DNA of 64,000 bases from an uncultured Pseudomonadota bacterium (lineage in GTDB: Bacteria; Myxococcota_A; UBA796; SXON01): the NCBI GenBank assembly GCA_903921785.1, contig CAIXRH010000199.1, positions 74,426 to 138,425 on the forward strand, given 5' to 3'. Shown here one piece after another: positions 26,949 through 36,397 of the stretch. Numbering within the stretch: position 1 is the stretch's first letter; the number at the start of each line of letters is the position of its first letter. The notes beneath the pieces are model-generated. The model worked only from the letters and a program-made list of their open reading frames with translations, did no database searches and had not been told where the DNA came from. The translations under genes were made by a program, and so were the position numbers.

Positions 26949-29359
26949 GGGGTGTTGATAATCACGTCGTCGAGGGAGCGCGGCGCGACCTTCACGTTGT
27001 CGAAGGAGTAGATCATCACGCCGGTCAGCGTGGTGAGCGTCGTGTCCAGCGGGAGCTGATCGAGCGAATCGTCGAGGAAGTCATCGACCCGGAGGCAGCC
27101 GTCGATCACGTACTCGTCGTAGTCGGGGGTGTCGGTGTCCGAGTCGGCGTTCTCGTCGGTGACCGTGGCGTTCGCGAAGACGACAAGCATGCTCTCGGTG
27201 GGCTCTGGCGTGGCGGCCACATCGCAGGTGGACTTCACCAGCGGCGCGGGCACCTCGGCGCTGTCGGTCACAGAGACCGTCGGCCCGGTGAGCTCGGTCA
27301 TCCCGTAGTACTCGGTGAAGGCGCCCGTCACGGTCACCACATCCCCGGGGGACGGTGCCGCGCCGCCCGGATCATAGACGTAGATGCCACCATACTCGGT
27401 CGCGCCAGGGAGCTGGAGGAAGAACCCGGCGCCCGAACGCACCGCGGTCACCACCATGCCCTCCAGGGTCACCACGGTTCCGTCGGCGAAGCCGCCCTGC
27501 CGCACCACGTCCACGGTGGTGAGGCACCCCCCGGAGGGGTCGTTGGGCGTGTCGGGGCAGGCGTCGCACGCGTCGCCCTGGCCGTCGCCATCGGTGTCGG
27601 TCCCGTCGTCGTACACGTCGGGACAGCTGTCGTCGTCGTTGGCGATGCCGTCGCCATCGCGATCGCTGGTGTCGAGCGTACAGTCTTCGCCGGGAACGGT
27701 CGGGCACTTGTCGCAGGAGTCGCCGAGGCCGTCTCCGTCGGTGTCCCACTGGTTGGGATCGTAGATGCCCGCGCACACGTCGCCGGAGTCGGCGACGCCG
27801 TCGCCGTCTTCGTCGCCCGCCCCCGGCTCGCGGAGATCGCAGACGTCGCGGTCGTCGACGCAGGAGAACAGCCCGTAGAGCTCGCCGGCATACTCGTAGC
27901 CGGCGGGCATGGTGTGGTCGGCGAGCGCCGCTTCGAGGGAGCTCTCGACGTCGGCGAGGGTGTCGGAGAGATCGCCGCTGTCTTCGCCCTTGAGGCAATA
28001 GGTGCGGGACTCCCCACACGCGTCGATCGTGTCGCACCAGTCGGGGTGGGGCGCGAGGCCGTCCACCAGCTCGCTCCGGCCGTAGACCGCTTCGCCGCCG
28101 ACCACCACGAGGCGCACGGTCTTCTCGTCGGCGCCGATGATCGCCCGGTAGGGGGTCTTGCTGTAGTCGAACACCGCGATGTCGGCGGCGGCGCCGGCGG
28201 TCAGCACGCCAAGCACGCCGTCGGTGCCGGTGAGGCGCGCGGCGTCTTCCGTGACCTTCCGCCACAGGTCGACGTCGGAGAACGGGCTGCCCTTGCCTTC
28301 GAGCCACGCCTCGGCGCAGGCGAGCTCCTCGGGCTGGCCGATGCTCCCGCTGGGCGTCCAGTCGCTGCCGATCGCCCAGGGAACGCCCAGGTTGTCGGCG
28401 ATCTCGATCGGGGTGGTGGTGCCGTAGAGCACGAGGTTGCTGCGCGGCGACCAGAGGATGCCCGTGCTGGTGAGGCCGAGCGTCGCGAGCTGGGTGGTGG
28501 ACGCGTCGGTCGCGTGCACGTAGACCTGACCCGGGCCGGTCATCCCCATGTCGATCATGTAGTCGACCTCGTCCTGCACGTTGCCGTCCCGCCCCTCGGC
28601 CACGTGGTTGATCACCGCGTCGAGGCTGCCCGAAGCGAGCTTGCTGTTGTAGGACTCCCCGTCGCCGTCGTTGATCGAGCTGGTCACGTTCGACGAGCTG
28701 TACTTCACGTCGAAGCTGTCGAGGTGGGAGGCGGCGGCGTTCTCGTCGAGGTTCCGGATGCCCCGGTCGATGCACGCGCTGCCCGAGCTGCCGACGGCGG
28801 CGGTGGTGCCGTGGACAATCTCGCGGGCCTCCGCCCACTCCATGATCTCGCAGACGTACGCGTCCTTGATGTCGTTGAAGCCGTCCTTGAAGTCGTCGTA
28901 GCGGCTGTCGCCCTGCCAGTCGTAACGGTCGGTGAACTCGGCGCCGACCTGCCACGGCGGGAGCGAGTTGTACTGGAGGTGGTTGTGCGGGTCGATGAGG
29001 CCCGGGCTGATCACGCCTTCCGTGCACACGACCGTGGCGCTGGCGGTGTCGCAGCTCTCGCCCACGCAGGTGACCAGCCCGCTGCTCGAGTCGTAGACGA
29101 CGACGCCTGCGACCGGACCGTCCGGGGTGAGCACCACGCCCGAGAGCGCGACGGAATTGCCCGCGCCACTCTTCGCGGTGCACTCCGGGAGCGCCGGCCC
29201 CACCGTGTCCCCGCCGGTCGTACCGGTGTCCCCGCTGTCCGCGGTGTCCCCCGAGTCTGCGGTGTCTGCCGTGTCGCCGTTGCCGCCGGCGGTGTCGATG
29301 CTGGGAGAGCCGCAGGCCGCCGCGAGCAGAAGGCAGGAAGAAAGTCCGATCAGGCGCAT
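26945..29359 (-). CDS. Amidohydrolase-family lipoprotein fused to thrombospondin type-3 repeats and a C-terminal beta-rich domain
   Basis: ATG 29359 gives the lipobox LLLAAAC plus a D/T/S/G linker. Amidohydrolase contexts present: GLIDPHNH (HxH metal motif), HVAEG, GSDW. Three DxDxDGxxDxCDxCP TSP3-type units follow. The last ~190 aa are unassigned. Confidence 0.75.
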   Translation of the reverse strand: MRLIGLSSCLLLAAACGSPSIDTAGGNGDTADTADSGDTADSGDTGTTGGDTVGPALPECTAKSGAGNSVALSGVVLTPDGPVAGVVVYDSSSGLVTCVGESCDTASATVVCTEGVISPGLIDPHNHLQYNSLPPWQVGAEFTDRYDWQGDSRYDDFKDGFNDIKDAYVCEIMEWAEAREIVHGTTAAVGSSGSACIDRGIRNLDENAAASHLDSFDVKYSSSNVTSSINDGDGESYNSKLASGSLDAVINHVAEGRDGNVQDEVDYMIDMGMTGPGQVYVHATDASTTQLATLGLTSTGILWSPRSNLVLYGTTTPIEIADNLGVPWAIGSDWTPSGSIGQPEELACAEAWLEGKGSPFSDVDLWRKVTEDAARLTGTDGVLGVLTAGAAADIAVFDYSKTPYRAIIGADEKTVRLVVVGGEAVYGRSELVDGLAPHPDWCDTIDACGESRTYCLKGEDSGDLSDTLADVESSLEAALADHTMPAGYEYAGELYGLFSCVDDRDVCDLREPGAGDEDGDGVADSGDVCAGIYDPNQWDTDGDGLGDSCDKCPTVPGEDCTLDTSDRDGDGIANDDDSCPDVYDDGTDTDGDGQGDACDACPDTPNDPSGGCLTTVDVVRQGGFADGTVVTLEGMVVTAVRSGAGFFLQLPGATEYGGIYVYDPGGAAPSPGDVVTVTGAFTEYYGMTELTGPTVSVTDSAEVPAPLVKSTCDVAATPEPTESMLVVFANATVTDENADSDTDTPDYDEYVIDGCLRVDDFLDDSLDQLPLDTTLTTLTGVMIYSFDNVKVAPRSLDDVIINTP

Positions 29360-29505
29360 GGAGACTCCGGGACGTTGCCGCAGGGGACGGGGACTAATCC
29401 GACGCGCCGGCGGGGCAAGGCCGAACCGCGCCCGGCGAGGCGGGGCGAGCGCCGCACCCACCCGCCCAGAATAATTGTCAGGAGTTCTTTACAAGCCAGA
29501 TCGGC

Positions 29506-31680
29506 GTGTCGTACCATCGCCGCACCCTGATGATCTCTCCGCTCGTCGTCCTGCTCCTGTCCTCCGCGCACGCCGCAGACACGTTCGGCGGCTACTCCTT
29601 CTACCTGGGCGACATCCACGCCCATTCCGGTGTGTCGCGGGATGCCGGATCCAGCGACCTCGCCGGGACCTGCAAGTCGGGGGATTGCGGCGCGTTCGAG
29701 GACCTCTACGAGGTCGCGCGCGACAACGGCCTCGACTTCGCGGCCGTCCCCGATCACGTCAACGGAGGGCGTGGAGGCACCACGGCTGGGTTCGATCGCC
29801 TGATCGATCTCACGCTCGCCGAGGACGACCCCGCAGGCGGATTCATCACGATCCCCGCCGCCGAGGTGTGGTTCATGATGGGGAGCCACGAGCTCGGGCA
29901 CAAGACGCTGCTGATGTTCGGGGACGACACCACGCTGGCGGGGCTCACCGCCACGGACATGCAGCCGGTCGGCACCCTCTCTCCCGACGTGGTGACCTGC
30001 GGCGCCATCCACACCTGGGCCACGAACCTCGAAGCGTCCTACGGCAACCTGCTCCTCGTACCGCATCACCCGGCCGCCACCCACCCGATGCCGACGGACT
30101 GGTCCTGCTACGACGACACCTACGAGCCCGTCGTCGAGGTGTACTCCGAGCACGGCAACAGCCTGGGCGATGGCACCGGGTACGACACCATGTGGAGCCA
30201 CGAGTACAGCGGCAGCGCCGTGCACGACGCGATCGACCCCGACACCGACGCCCTCCGGATGGGGTTCGTCGGCGGCAGCGACAAGCACAACTCCCGGCCG
30301 GGCGACGTGTGCGAGCAAGACACCGAGATGCCGAACCACCCGTACGGCGGCGGGCTCACCATCGTGGTCGCCGACGAGAGTGAGTCTTTCTCTCGCGATC
30401 TCCTCTACGACGCGTTCATGGCGCACCACACCGAGACGACCACGGGGCCGCTGGTGCCGGTCACGATCAGCTTCGAGTCCGGCGGCGCTGCGCTCGGCAC
30501 CCTGGGCGATGACCTCGGGCTCCCCACCGACCAGGACCTCGACGTCACCGTCGCCGTTCCGGAGTCCCTGGCCGCCTACGTCAACGGCGTGGAGTTGGTC
30601 ACGCCCGACGGGCGCTTCGCGATGGACAGCGACGAAGCCGGCAACTTCACCCTCACCCTCGATGCCGACGACGCCACCGGGTACGTCTACGCTGCGGTGG
30701 AGATCGACGGCGCCTCCTGGTACGGCGCTGCCGGCTGCGATGACGGCGGCGATGACGACCTCGAGTACGTCTGGACCTCCCCCAGCTACATCGACACCGT
30801 GGCGGGCGATCTCGACGCCGACGGCCAGACCGTCGCGGACGGCGACTGCGACGACGGGGACGACACCGTGTACCTCACCGCCGACGAGGTGATGGACGAC
30901 GGGATCGACCAGGACTGCGACGGCGCCGACTACACCACTGCCGACATGATCGCCGCTGAGAAGGCAGAGGAACTGGCTGTTGACGTCGCTCGCGCAACCG
31001 ATGCGGAGCGGGAGGCAGAGGAGGCCGCGGCCGCCGCGGCCGTGACCACCCTCCCCGTCGAGGAGTCGGAATCGAGCCCCGCGACGGAGTCGACGGAAGA
31101 AGCCTCGACCGCCGAGGCCAGCGGGAGCGAGGAGACGGCCCTCGTCGTCGACATTGAGGGCGACCCCGTCGAAGCGGTCGACGCCGACCAAGCGGCGACC
31201 TCCGACACCGAGGAGTCGAGCGTCTCGAGCGAGCCCGCGGCCGAAGACGAGTGCGTGGCCGCACCCGCCTCCGAGGACTCATCCACCGCAGTCGCCGACT
31301 CCGGAAGCGGCGAAGCGATCGCGGCCGAGAGCACCGAACCGGATTCCAGCGTCGACACCGAGACGGGCGCCGAGCCCGCGACGAGCGAATCGACGCCCGA
31401 CGTCGAGTCCACTGCGGCCGAGACCGGCAGCGCGGGCGAGGCCTCGGGCGACGCCGAATCCACCGAGTCGACGGCCCCGACGGGTGAAGCCGAGTGCTCC
31501 ACGACCGACACCCCGGAGCCCACGGCCACCGAGCGCCCTGGCGCCGTCGGCTCGGCCGCCGCCGAAGCGGGCACGAGCGCGGGTCGCACCAGCACCACCT
31601 CCCGCGTCTGGCGCGACGACGTGTACGCCCACGGCGCGCCCCGCTCCCCGCATCGCGGCGGGAAGCGCCACCGCCACTAG
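29506..31680 (+). CDS. Secreted PHP/DUF3604-like metal-dependent phosphoesterase with a long acidic low-complexity tail
   Basis: GTG 29506 (alternative ATG 29530). Signal peptide ...LLLSSAHA. GDIHAHSGVSRD is a PHP-type His motif. One MopE-type unit is present (DCDDGDD...DDGIDQDCDG). The last ~250 aa are E/S/T/A-rich. Confidence 0.6.
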   Translation: MSYHRRTLMISPLVVLLLSSAHAADTFGGYSFYLGDIHAHSGVSRDAGSSDLAGTCKSGDCGAFEDLYEVARDNGLDFAAVPDHVNGGRGGTTAGFDRLIDLTLAEDDPAGGFITIPAAEVWFMMGSHELGHKTLLMFGDDTTLAGLTATDMQPVGTLSPDVVTCGAIHTWATNLEASYGNLLLVPHHPAATHPMPTDWSCYDDTYEPVVEVYSEHGNSLGDGTGYDTMWSHEYSGSAVHDAIDPDTDALRMGFVGGSDKHNSRPGDVCEQDTEMPNHPYGGGLTIVVADESESFSRDLLYDAFMAHHTETTTGPLVPVTISFESGGAALGTLGDDLGLPTDQDLDVTVAVPESLAAYVNGVELVTPDGRFAMDSDEAGNFTLTLDADDATGYVYAAVEIDGASWYGAAGCDDGGDDDLEYVWTSPSYIDTVAGDLDADGQTVADGDCDDGDDTVYLTADEVMDDGIDQDCDGADYTTADMIAAEKAEELAVDVARATDAEREAEEAAAAAAVTTLPVEESESSPATESTEEASTAEASGSEETALVVDIEGDPVEAVDADQAATSDTEESSVSSEPAAEDECVAAPASEDSSTAVADSGSGEAIAAESTEPDSSVDTETGAEPATSESTPDVESTAAETGSAGEASGDAESTESTAPTGEAECSTTDTPEPTATERPGAVGSAAAEAGTSAGRTSTTSRVWRDDVYAHGAPRSPHRGGKRHRH

Positions 31681-31746
31681 GGGTCCGCACAGGGTCTCGA
31701 CAGCGCTCCGACGATTCACGCGCTACCCTGGCGCGGCGGAGGCGAG

Positions 31747-34293
31747 ATGCGACGGTTCTCCACCAGGGGCGTGCTCGGGCTGGCCGGAGCGGCGGCGGTG
31801 TTGGTTGGCGCGTGGCACCTCCTCCCCCCCTCGAAGCGCCCGTGGTGGCGCCACACGCCGCCCAGCGCGGCGCCCACCGAGTTCTGGGAAGAGGAGGGGG
31901 AAGACGAAGCGATCGAGCATGAAGCACGCGAGGCGTGGATCGCCGAGCGCCACCGCGCCGGACCCGGTGTCGACTGGCGCACCGTGGAGCGCACCAACGG
32001 CCTCGCCGCGACCGCGCGTCGCGCCAGCCTCGCCGTCGCCCCACCCCCCGACGGCGCCCCCGACGACGGCGACCGGTGGACCGAGCGTGGCAGCGTGAAC
32101 CAGGCTGGGCGCACCCACGTCGCCCGCTGGGGAACGGACGGCGCGCTCTACGCCGGCGCCTCGATGGGCGGCGTGTGGAAGCGCGGGCCGGACGACGTGT
32201 GGTCGCCGCTCGGCGACGCGCTGTACGGCGGCGTGCACTGGCTCGAGGTGCTCCCCGCCGCCACCGCGGGAGACCCCGACGTGCTCGTCGCCGGGACCGA
32301 CGGCGGGCTCTTGCACTGGAGCAACGACGCCGGCAGCTCCTGGCACGAAGCCATCGGCCTGGACTGGGCCTGGACCCAGCGCCGGCTCACCGTCACCCAC
32401 GACGGCTCGAAAACCCTGTTCGCCGTGCGCGGGCGCGACACCGGGTACACCGCGTGGCGCTCCACGGATGCCGGCGCACACTGGACCCAGGTGTACGACT
32501 TCGGCATGTTCGCCGGAGATCTCTGGGTCTCTCGCACCGGCGCGGGTCCGGTATGGCTCGCGGCGGACGGGGTGCTCCTCCGCTCCGACGACCTCGGTGA
32601 CACCTGGTCCACCGTCGGCCCCCTCCCCGATGCCGACTCTGCCGAGCTCGCGGCGAGTGAAGCCTGGACCGGCGCCGATGGCGCTCCGCGCTTCTGGGTC
32701 GTCCAGAACGCCCATACGCTGCTGCGGGCGGACGATGGCGGGGTCACGTTCACCTCGGTCGCGGATCTGGGTGACTACTGGGGCGGCGTCACCGCCTCCA
32801 CCATCGACCCCGAGATGCTCGTGTACGGCGGGGTGGAAGCCCACAAGTCGGCGGATGGGGGCGCCACCTTCACCCTTCAGAACGCGTGGTCCGACTACTA
32901 CGACCACGAGGCCGATCACCTCCACGCGGACATCGACGGCATCGACTGCATCCCCCGCGGCGACGGCACCGAGGACTGGTTCTTCGACACCGACGGCGGC
33001 ACGTACCGGTCGACCGACCAGCTCGCGACGGTGGCGAACCAGTCCCTCAACGGCCTGCGTGTATCCCAATACTACGGCACGCTCACGTCCACCGACGACG
33101 CGACCCACATCGCCGCCGGTGCGCAGGACCAGGGTTATCAAGTGAACACCGGGCAGGGCGGTGAGGGCGCGGTCTACGCATTCGACCAACTGTTGAGCGG
33201 AGACTACGCTCACCTCACCTCGGGAGATGGCACCCACGATCTGGTGTACTCGGACTACCCCGGCTTCGTGCTCATCCAGGTCGGGGAAGCGCACCCCCAG
33301 CTCACCTACGCTGACTACCCGGGTGGCCTGGGCACGGCGGCGTGGTTGCCGGTGCTCCTCGCCGACCCCACCGACCCCGAGCGACTGTTCTTCGGCGGGG
33401 ACCAACTCTGGGCGTATGAGCGGGAGGACCAATGGACCTGGTCCGCCGGCGACCCGTGGTCGGAGCAGGACTTCCAAAAGGAGTCTGGCGAGTACATCGG
33501 GGGACTGGCGTTCTCGCCCGTGGACCCGGAGCGGATGTACGCGGTCACCAGCTCCGGGACGTTCTACCGGAGCGACGACCACGGAGTCACGTGGAGCCGG
33601 GGGGCGCGCGGGCTCCCCGGGGGGCAGTACTTCTACGGGACGTCGATCGCCGCTTCCGCCCTGGACAAGGACACGGTGTACCTCGGGGGGAGCGGCTACA
33701 CCAACCCCGCGGTGTACGTCAGCCATGACGGCGGGGACAGCTTCGACGCGCTCGCCGACGGTCTGCCGTCCACGCTGGTCTACTCCCTGGTCGAAGAACC
33801 AGGCAGCGGCGCGCTCTTCGCTGGAACCGAGACCTCGGCGTGGCGACTGGACCCCGGGACGACCACCTGGGTCGACATCACCGGCACGGAAGCCCCGCTC
33901 CTGATCTATTGGTCGGCCGAGATCGTGCCCGCGCTCGGCGTGGTCCGCTTCGGCACCTACGGCCGGGGAATCTGGGACTACGCGTACGACCTCGACCTCG
34001 ACGGCTGTGTGGACGACCTCGATGGCGACCTCGACGGCACCCCCTGCCCCACGGACTGCGACGACCACGACGCTGCGCGGTTCCCGGGAGCAACCGACGT
34101 GTGCGGCGACGGGATCGACCAGGACTGCGACGGCGGCGACGTCACCTGCCCCGAGGACACGGGTACGCCGGACCCGGAAGCGGAGACGCCACCCCCGGAC
34201 ACCGGCGGCTGCGGCTGCGGCACCGAGGGCGCCGGCGGGATCGCGGGCGCGATGTTCGCAGCGATGGTCCTGACGAAGCGTAGAAGGCGCTGA
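31747..34293 (+). CDS. BNR/Asp-box beta-propeller protein with a MopE-type unit and a MYXO-CTERM-like tail
   Basis: GGAGG lies 5 nt upstream of the ATG. Repeated SxDxGxTW-type Asp-boxes are present (SNDAGSSW, STDAGAHW, SDDLGDTW, SADGGATF, SDDHGVTW, SHDGGDSF). It ends ...DCDDHDAARFPGATDVCGDGIDQDCDG...GGCGCGTEGAGGIAGAMFAAMVLTKRRRR. Confidence 0.8.
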   Translation: MRRFSTRGVLGLAGAAAVLVGAWHLLPPSKRPWWRHTPPSAAPTEFWEEEGEDEAIEHEAREAWIAERHRAGPGVDWRTVERTNGLAATARRASLAVAPPPDGAPDDGDRWTERGSVNQAGRTHVARWGTDGALYAGASMGGVWKRGPDDVWSPLGDALYGGVHWLEVLPAATAGDPDVLVAGTDGGLLHWSNDAGSSWHEAIGLDWAWTQRRLTVTHDGSKTLFAVRGRDTGYTAWRSTDAGAHWTQVYDFGMFAGDLWVSRTGAGPVWLAADGVLLRSDDLGDTWSTVGPLPDADSAELAASEAWTGADGAPRFWVVQNAHTLLRADDGGVTFTSVADLGDYWGGVTASTIDPEMLVYGGVEAHKSADGGATFTLQNAWSDYYDHEADHLHADIDGIDCIPRGDGTEDWFFDTDGGTYRSTDQLATVANQSLNGLRVSQYYGTLTSTDDATHIAAGAQDQGYQVNTGQGGEGAVYAFDQLLSGDYAHLTSGDGTHDLVYSDYPGFVLIQVGEAHPQLTYADYPGGLGTAAWLPVLLADPTDPERLFFGGDQLWAYEREDQWTWSAGDPWSEQDFQKESGEYIGGLAFSPVDPERMYAVTSSGTFYRSDDHGVTWSRGARGLPGGQYFYGTSIAASALDKDTVYLGGSGYTNPAVYVSHDGGDSFDALADGLPSTLVYSLVEEPGSGALFAGTETSAWRLDPGTTTWVDITGTEAPLLIYWSAEIVPALGVVRFGTYGRGIWDYAYDLDLDGCVDDLDGDLDGTPCPTDCDDHDAARFPGATDVCGDGIDQDCDGGDVTCPEDTGTPDPEAETPPPDTGGCGCGTEGAGGIAGAMFAAMVLTKRRRR

Positions 34294-34305
34294 GCGGCTG
34301 AGTGC

Positions 34306-34332
34306 GGCCGGTAGGCCGGCTCCACGGGTTTT
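34306..34332 (+). terminator. Weak candidate intrinsic terminator
   Basis: Hairpin GCCGG-TAGG-CCGGC (34307-34320), then a TTTT run at 34329-34332, 13 nt after the BNR gene stop. The stem is short and the U-tract is displaced. Confidence 0.25.
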
Positions 34333-34372
34333 GAGGGGGCGACGAAGAAGGGGGCGGATTATCCGCGCTCCC

Positions 34373-35914
34373 ATGTGGATCCTGATGGACCTCGCGTGCA
34401 CCACCGAGGAGACCGCGCTCGAGCTGAGCGCGTCCTTGGCGGAGCCGCCCGATCCGACCGTGGTCGCCGCAGCGCGTGAGCTCACCCTGAGCACCACGCT
34501 CCCGACCTCGCTGGTGGTCACGCTGGACGACGGTGTGAGCCCGCGGCGGATCACCTTTCCCGAGCTCGCGACCAGCCGGATGGTGCCGATCGTGGGCTTC
34601 ACTCCCGGCGCGGCCACCACGGTCACCGCGCAGGTCTTCGCCGAAGACGGGTCCCAAACGTCGCGTGCGTGGGAGGTGGCGATCCCCAGCCTGCCACTCA
34701 GCTTCCCCCAGATCGATGTGCTCGCCTGGGACCGCGACCGGCTGGAGCCGGGGTGGACCCTCCTCGACGCCAAGCAGCCGGAGGGCGAGGCGATCTACCT
34801 GATCCTCCTCGACGAAGCGGGGAGGCCGGTCTGGTGGTACGTGGGGTTCGGCGCGTTCGGAGACGCGCGCCTGCTCCCCAACGGCCACCTCTTCGTGCTC
34901 GCCGCCGGCAACGCCTGGGAGCTCGACCTGATGGGCCGCGTGGTGCGCGGCTGGGGCGAGGCCGACGCCGACGTCCCGACCACGATGGTGCCGATCCCCG
35001 CGCCGAACCTCAACCACGAAGGTTATCCCGACGAAACCGGGTTCTACTCCCTGAACTGGCAGCACACCAAGGTGCCCGCCTTCCCAACCAGCTACACCGC
35101 CCTCGACACGTTCACCCCCGAGACCGTCTCGGACCAGGCGATTGTCCGCTACGACTGGGACGGGACCCAGACCCTCGACCTCTCCATCGCCAGCCTCCTG
35201 GACACCCAACGCATCGGCTTCGACAGTCTTGATCTCACCGGCGCCGCGTGGGACTGGTGTCACGCGAACGGGGTGGTTCCGGTCGACGATGGCCTCGTCG
35301 TCTCCGTGCGCCACCAGGATGTGGTCATGAAGCTGGACGACGGCGGCGAGCTTCAATGGCTGCTCGGGACACCCAGCGGCTGGCGTTCCCCGTGGAGCGA
35401 CCTCTTGCTCACGCCCACCGGCAGCCCGTTCGCGTGGCCCTTCCACGCCCACGCGCCCGAGGTCGAGGAAGACGGGACGATCGTCCTCTTCGACAACCAG
35501 TTCCACGGCTACACCCCCTACGACGAGGCGGTCGCCCAATCCCCCGCGCGCGTCGTCGGCTATCGGGTGGACGAAGCGTCGCGTACCGTGAGCCAGCGCT
35601 TCAGCTTCAGCGACACGACCACGGGTACGCTGGAGTCCGACGCGTTGGGCGACGCGGACATGCAGCCGCTCACCGGCAACATCCTGGCGGACTACGGCTT
35701 CGTGACCGCCGAGGCTGGCGTGGACAACGAGGCTCTCGGCTTTGCCAAACGATCGATCCGCCTGGTGGAGTACGCGCCCGACGGCGAGGTGCTGGCGGAC
35801 CTGCGCCTCCACAGCGACGCCGGAGACCCGCTGGAAGGCTGGAAGTCCTACCGGGCCGAGCGGCTGGTCCCATGGGCGGCCGCGGGCCCGGCGCACGCAG
35901 TCCTCGACGAGTAG
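34373..35914 (+). CDS. Arylsulfotransferase (ASST)-like beta-propeller lipoprotein
   Basis: ATG 34373 is preferred over TTG 34331 because third-position GC is poor upstream. Lipobox-like LMDLAC. The pattern LLPNGHLFVL..., HANGVVPVDDGLVVSVRHQDVVMKLDDGGELQWLLG and FHAHAPE resembles the ASST family by recollection. Confidence 0.55.
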   Translation: MWILMDLACTTEETALELSASLAEPPDPTVVAAARELTLSTTLPTSLVVTLDDGVSPRRITFPELATSRMVPIVGFTPGAATTVTAQVFAEDGSQTSRAWEVAIPSLPLSFPQIDVLAWDRDRLEPGWTLLDAKQPEGEAIYLILLDEAGRPVWWYVGFGAFGDARLLPNGHLFVLAAGNAWELDLMGRVVRGWGEADADVPTTMVPIPAPNLNHEGYPDETGFYSLNWQHTKVPAFPTSYTALDTFTPETVSDQAIVRYDWDGTQTLDLSIASLLDTQRIGFDSLDLTGAAWDWCHANGVVPVDDGLVVSVRHQDVVMKLDDGGELQWLLGTPSGWRSPWSDLLLTPTGSPFAWPFHAHAPEVEEDGTIVLFDNQFHGYTPYDEAVAQSPARVVGYRVDEASRTVSQRFSFSDTTTGTLESDALGDADMQPLTGNILADYGFVTAEAGVDNEALGFAKRSIRLVEYAPDGEVLADLRLHSDAGDPLEGWKSYRAERLVPWAAAGPAHAVLDE

Positions 35915-35986
35915 CGGGCATCGCCAAAGCAGCAGGCAAGCTGGAGCCCTGCGCCGGCGTCCAGCCGCCGTGGTTACCCTCTCCCC

Positions 35987-36394
35987 GTGGACCCACTCCC
36001 CGCCCAACTGGTGCTCTTCGACGGCGTCTGCGGGTTCTGCGACCTCACGGTGCAGTGGCTGCTGCAGCACGATCGCGCCTCGGTGCTCCGATTCGCGCCG
36101 CTGCAGGGCCCGACGGCGGCCGCCCTGCGCCTCCAGCACCCAGAGATTCCGGCGTCACTGGACACCGTGGTGTTTCTCGATGAAGGCCGGGTGTACGTGC
36201 GCAGCCAGGCCTTCCTCCAGCTTGCCCGGCACCTCCCCTCCCCCTGGCGATGGGCCGCGGTCCTCCGCTTCATCCCCACGATGATCCTCGACGTCGGCTA
36301 CCGCATCATCGCCGCGACGCGCTACCGGATCTTCGGAAAACACGAGGCCTGTCGCGTTCCTCGTCCGGCGGAACGAGCCAGATTCCTGCCTTGA
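35987..36394 (+). CDS. Thiol-disulfide oxidoreductase, DCC family (DUF393)
   Basis: LVLFDGVCGFCD (the DCC motif) lies at the N-terminus. The 135-aa size is typical of the family. GTG start. Confidence 0.75.
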   Translation: MDPLPAQLVLFDGVCGFCDLTVQWLLQHDRASVLRFAPLQGPTAAALRLQHPEIPASLDTVVFLDEGRVYVRSQAFLQLARHLPSPWRWAAVLRFIPTMILDVGYRIIAATRYRIFGKHEACRVPRPAERARFLP

Positions 36395-36397
36395 GCC

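Noticed and set aside
31723-36139. Long minus-strand ORFs 31723-34773 (1016 aa) and 34142-36139 (665 aa)
   Set aside because: They are antisense to the BNR, ASST-like and DCC genes, which all have recognisable motifs. Their products are Arg/Gly/Pro-rich.
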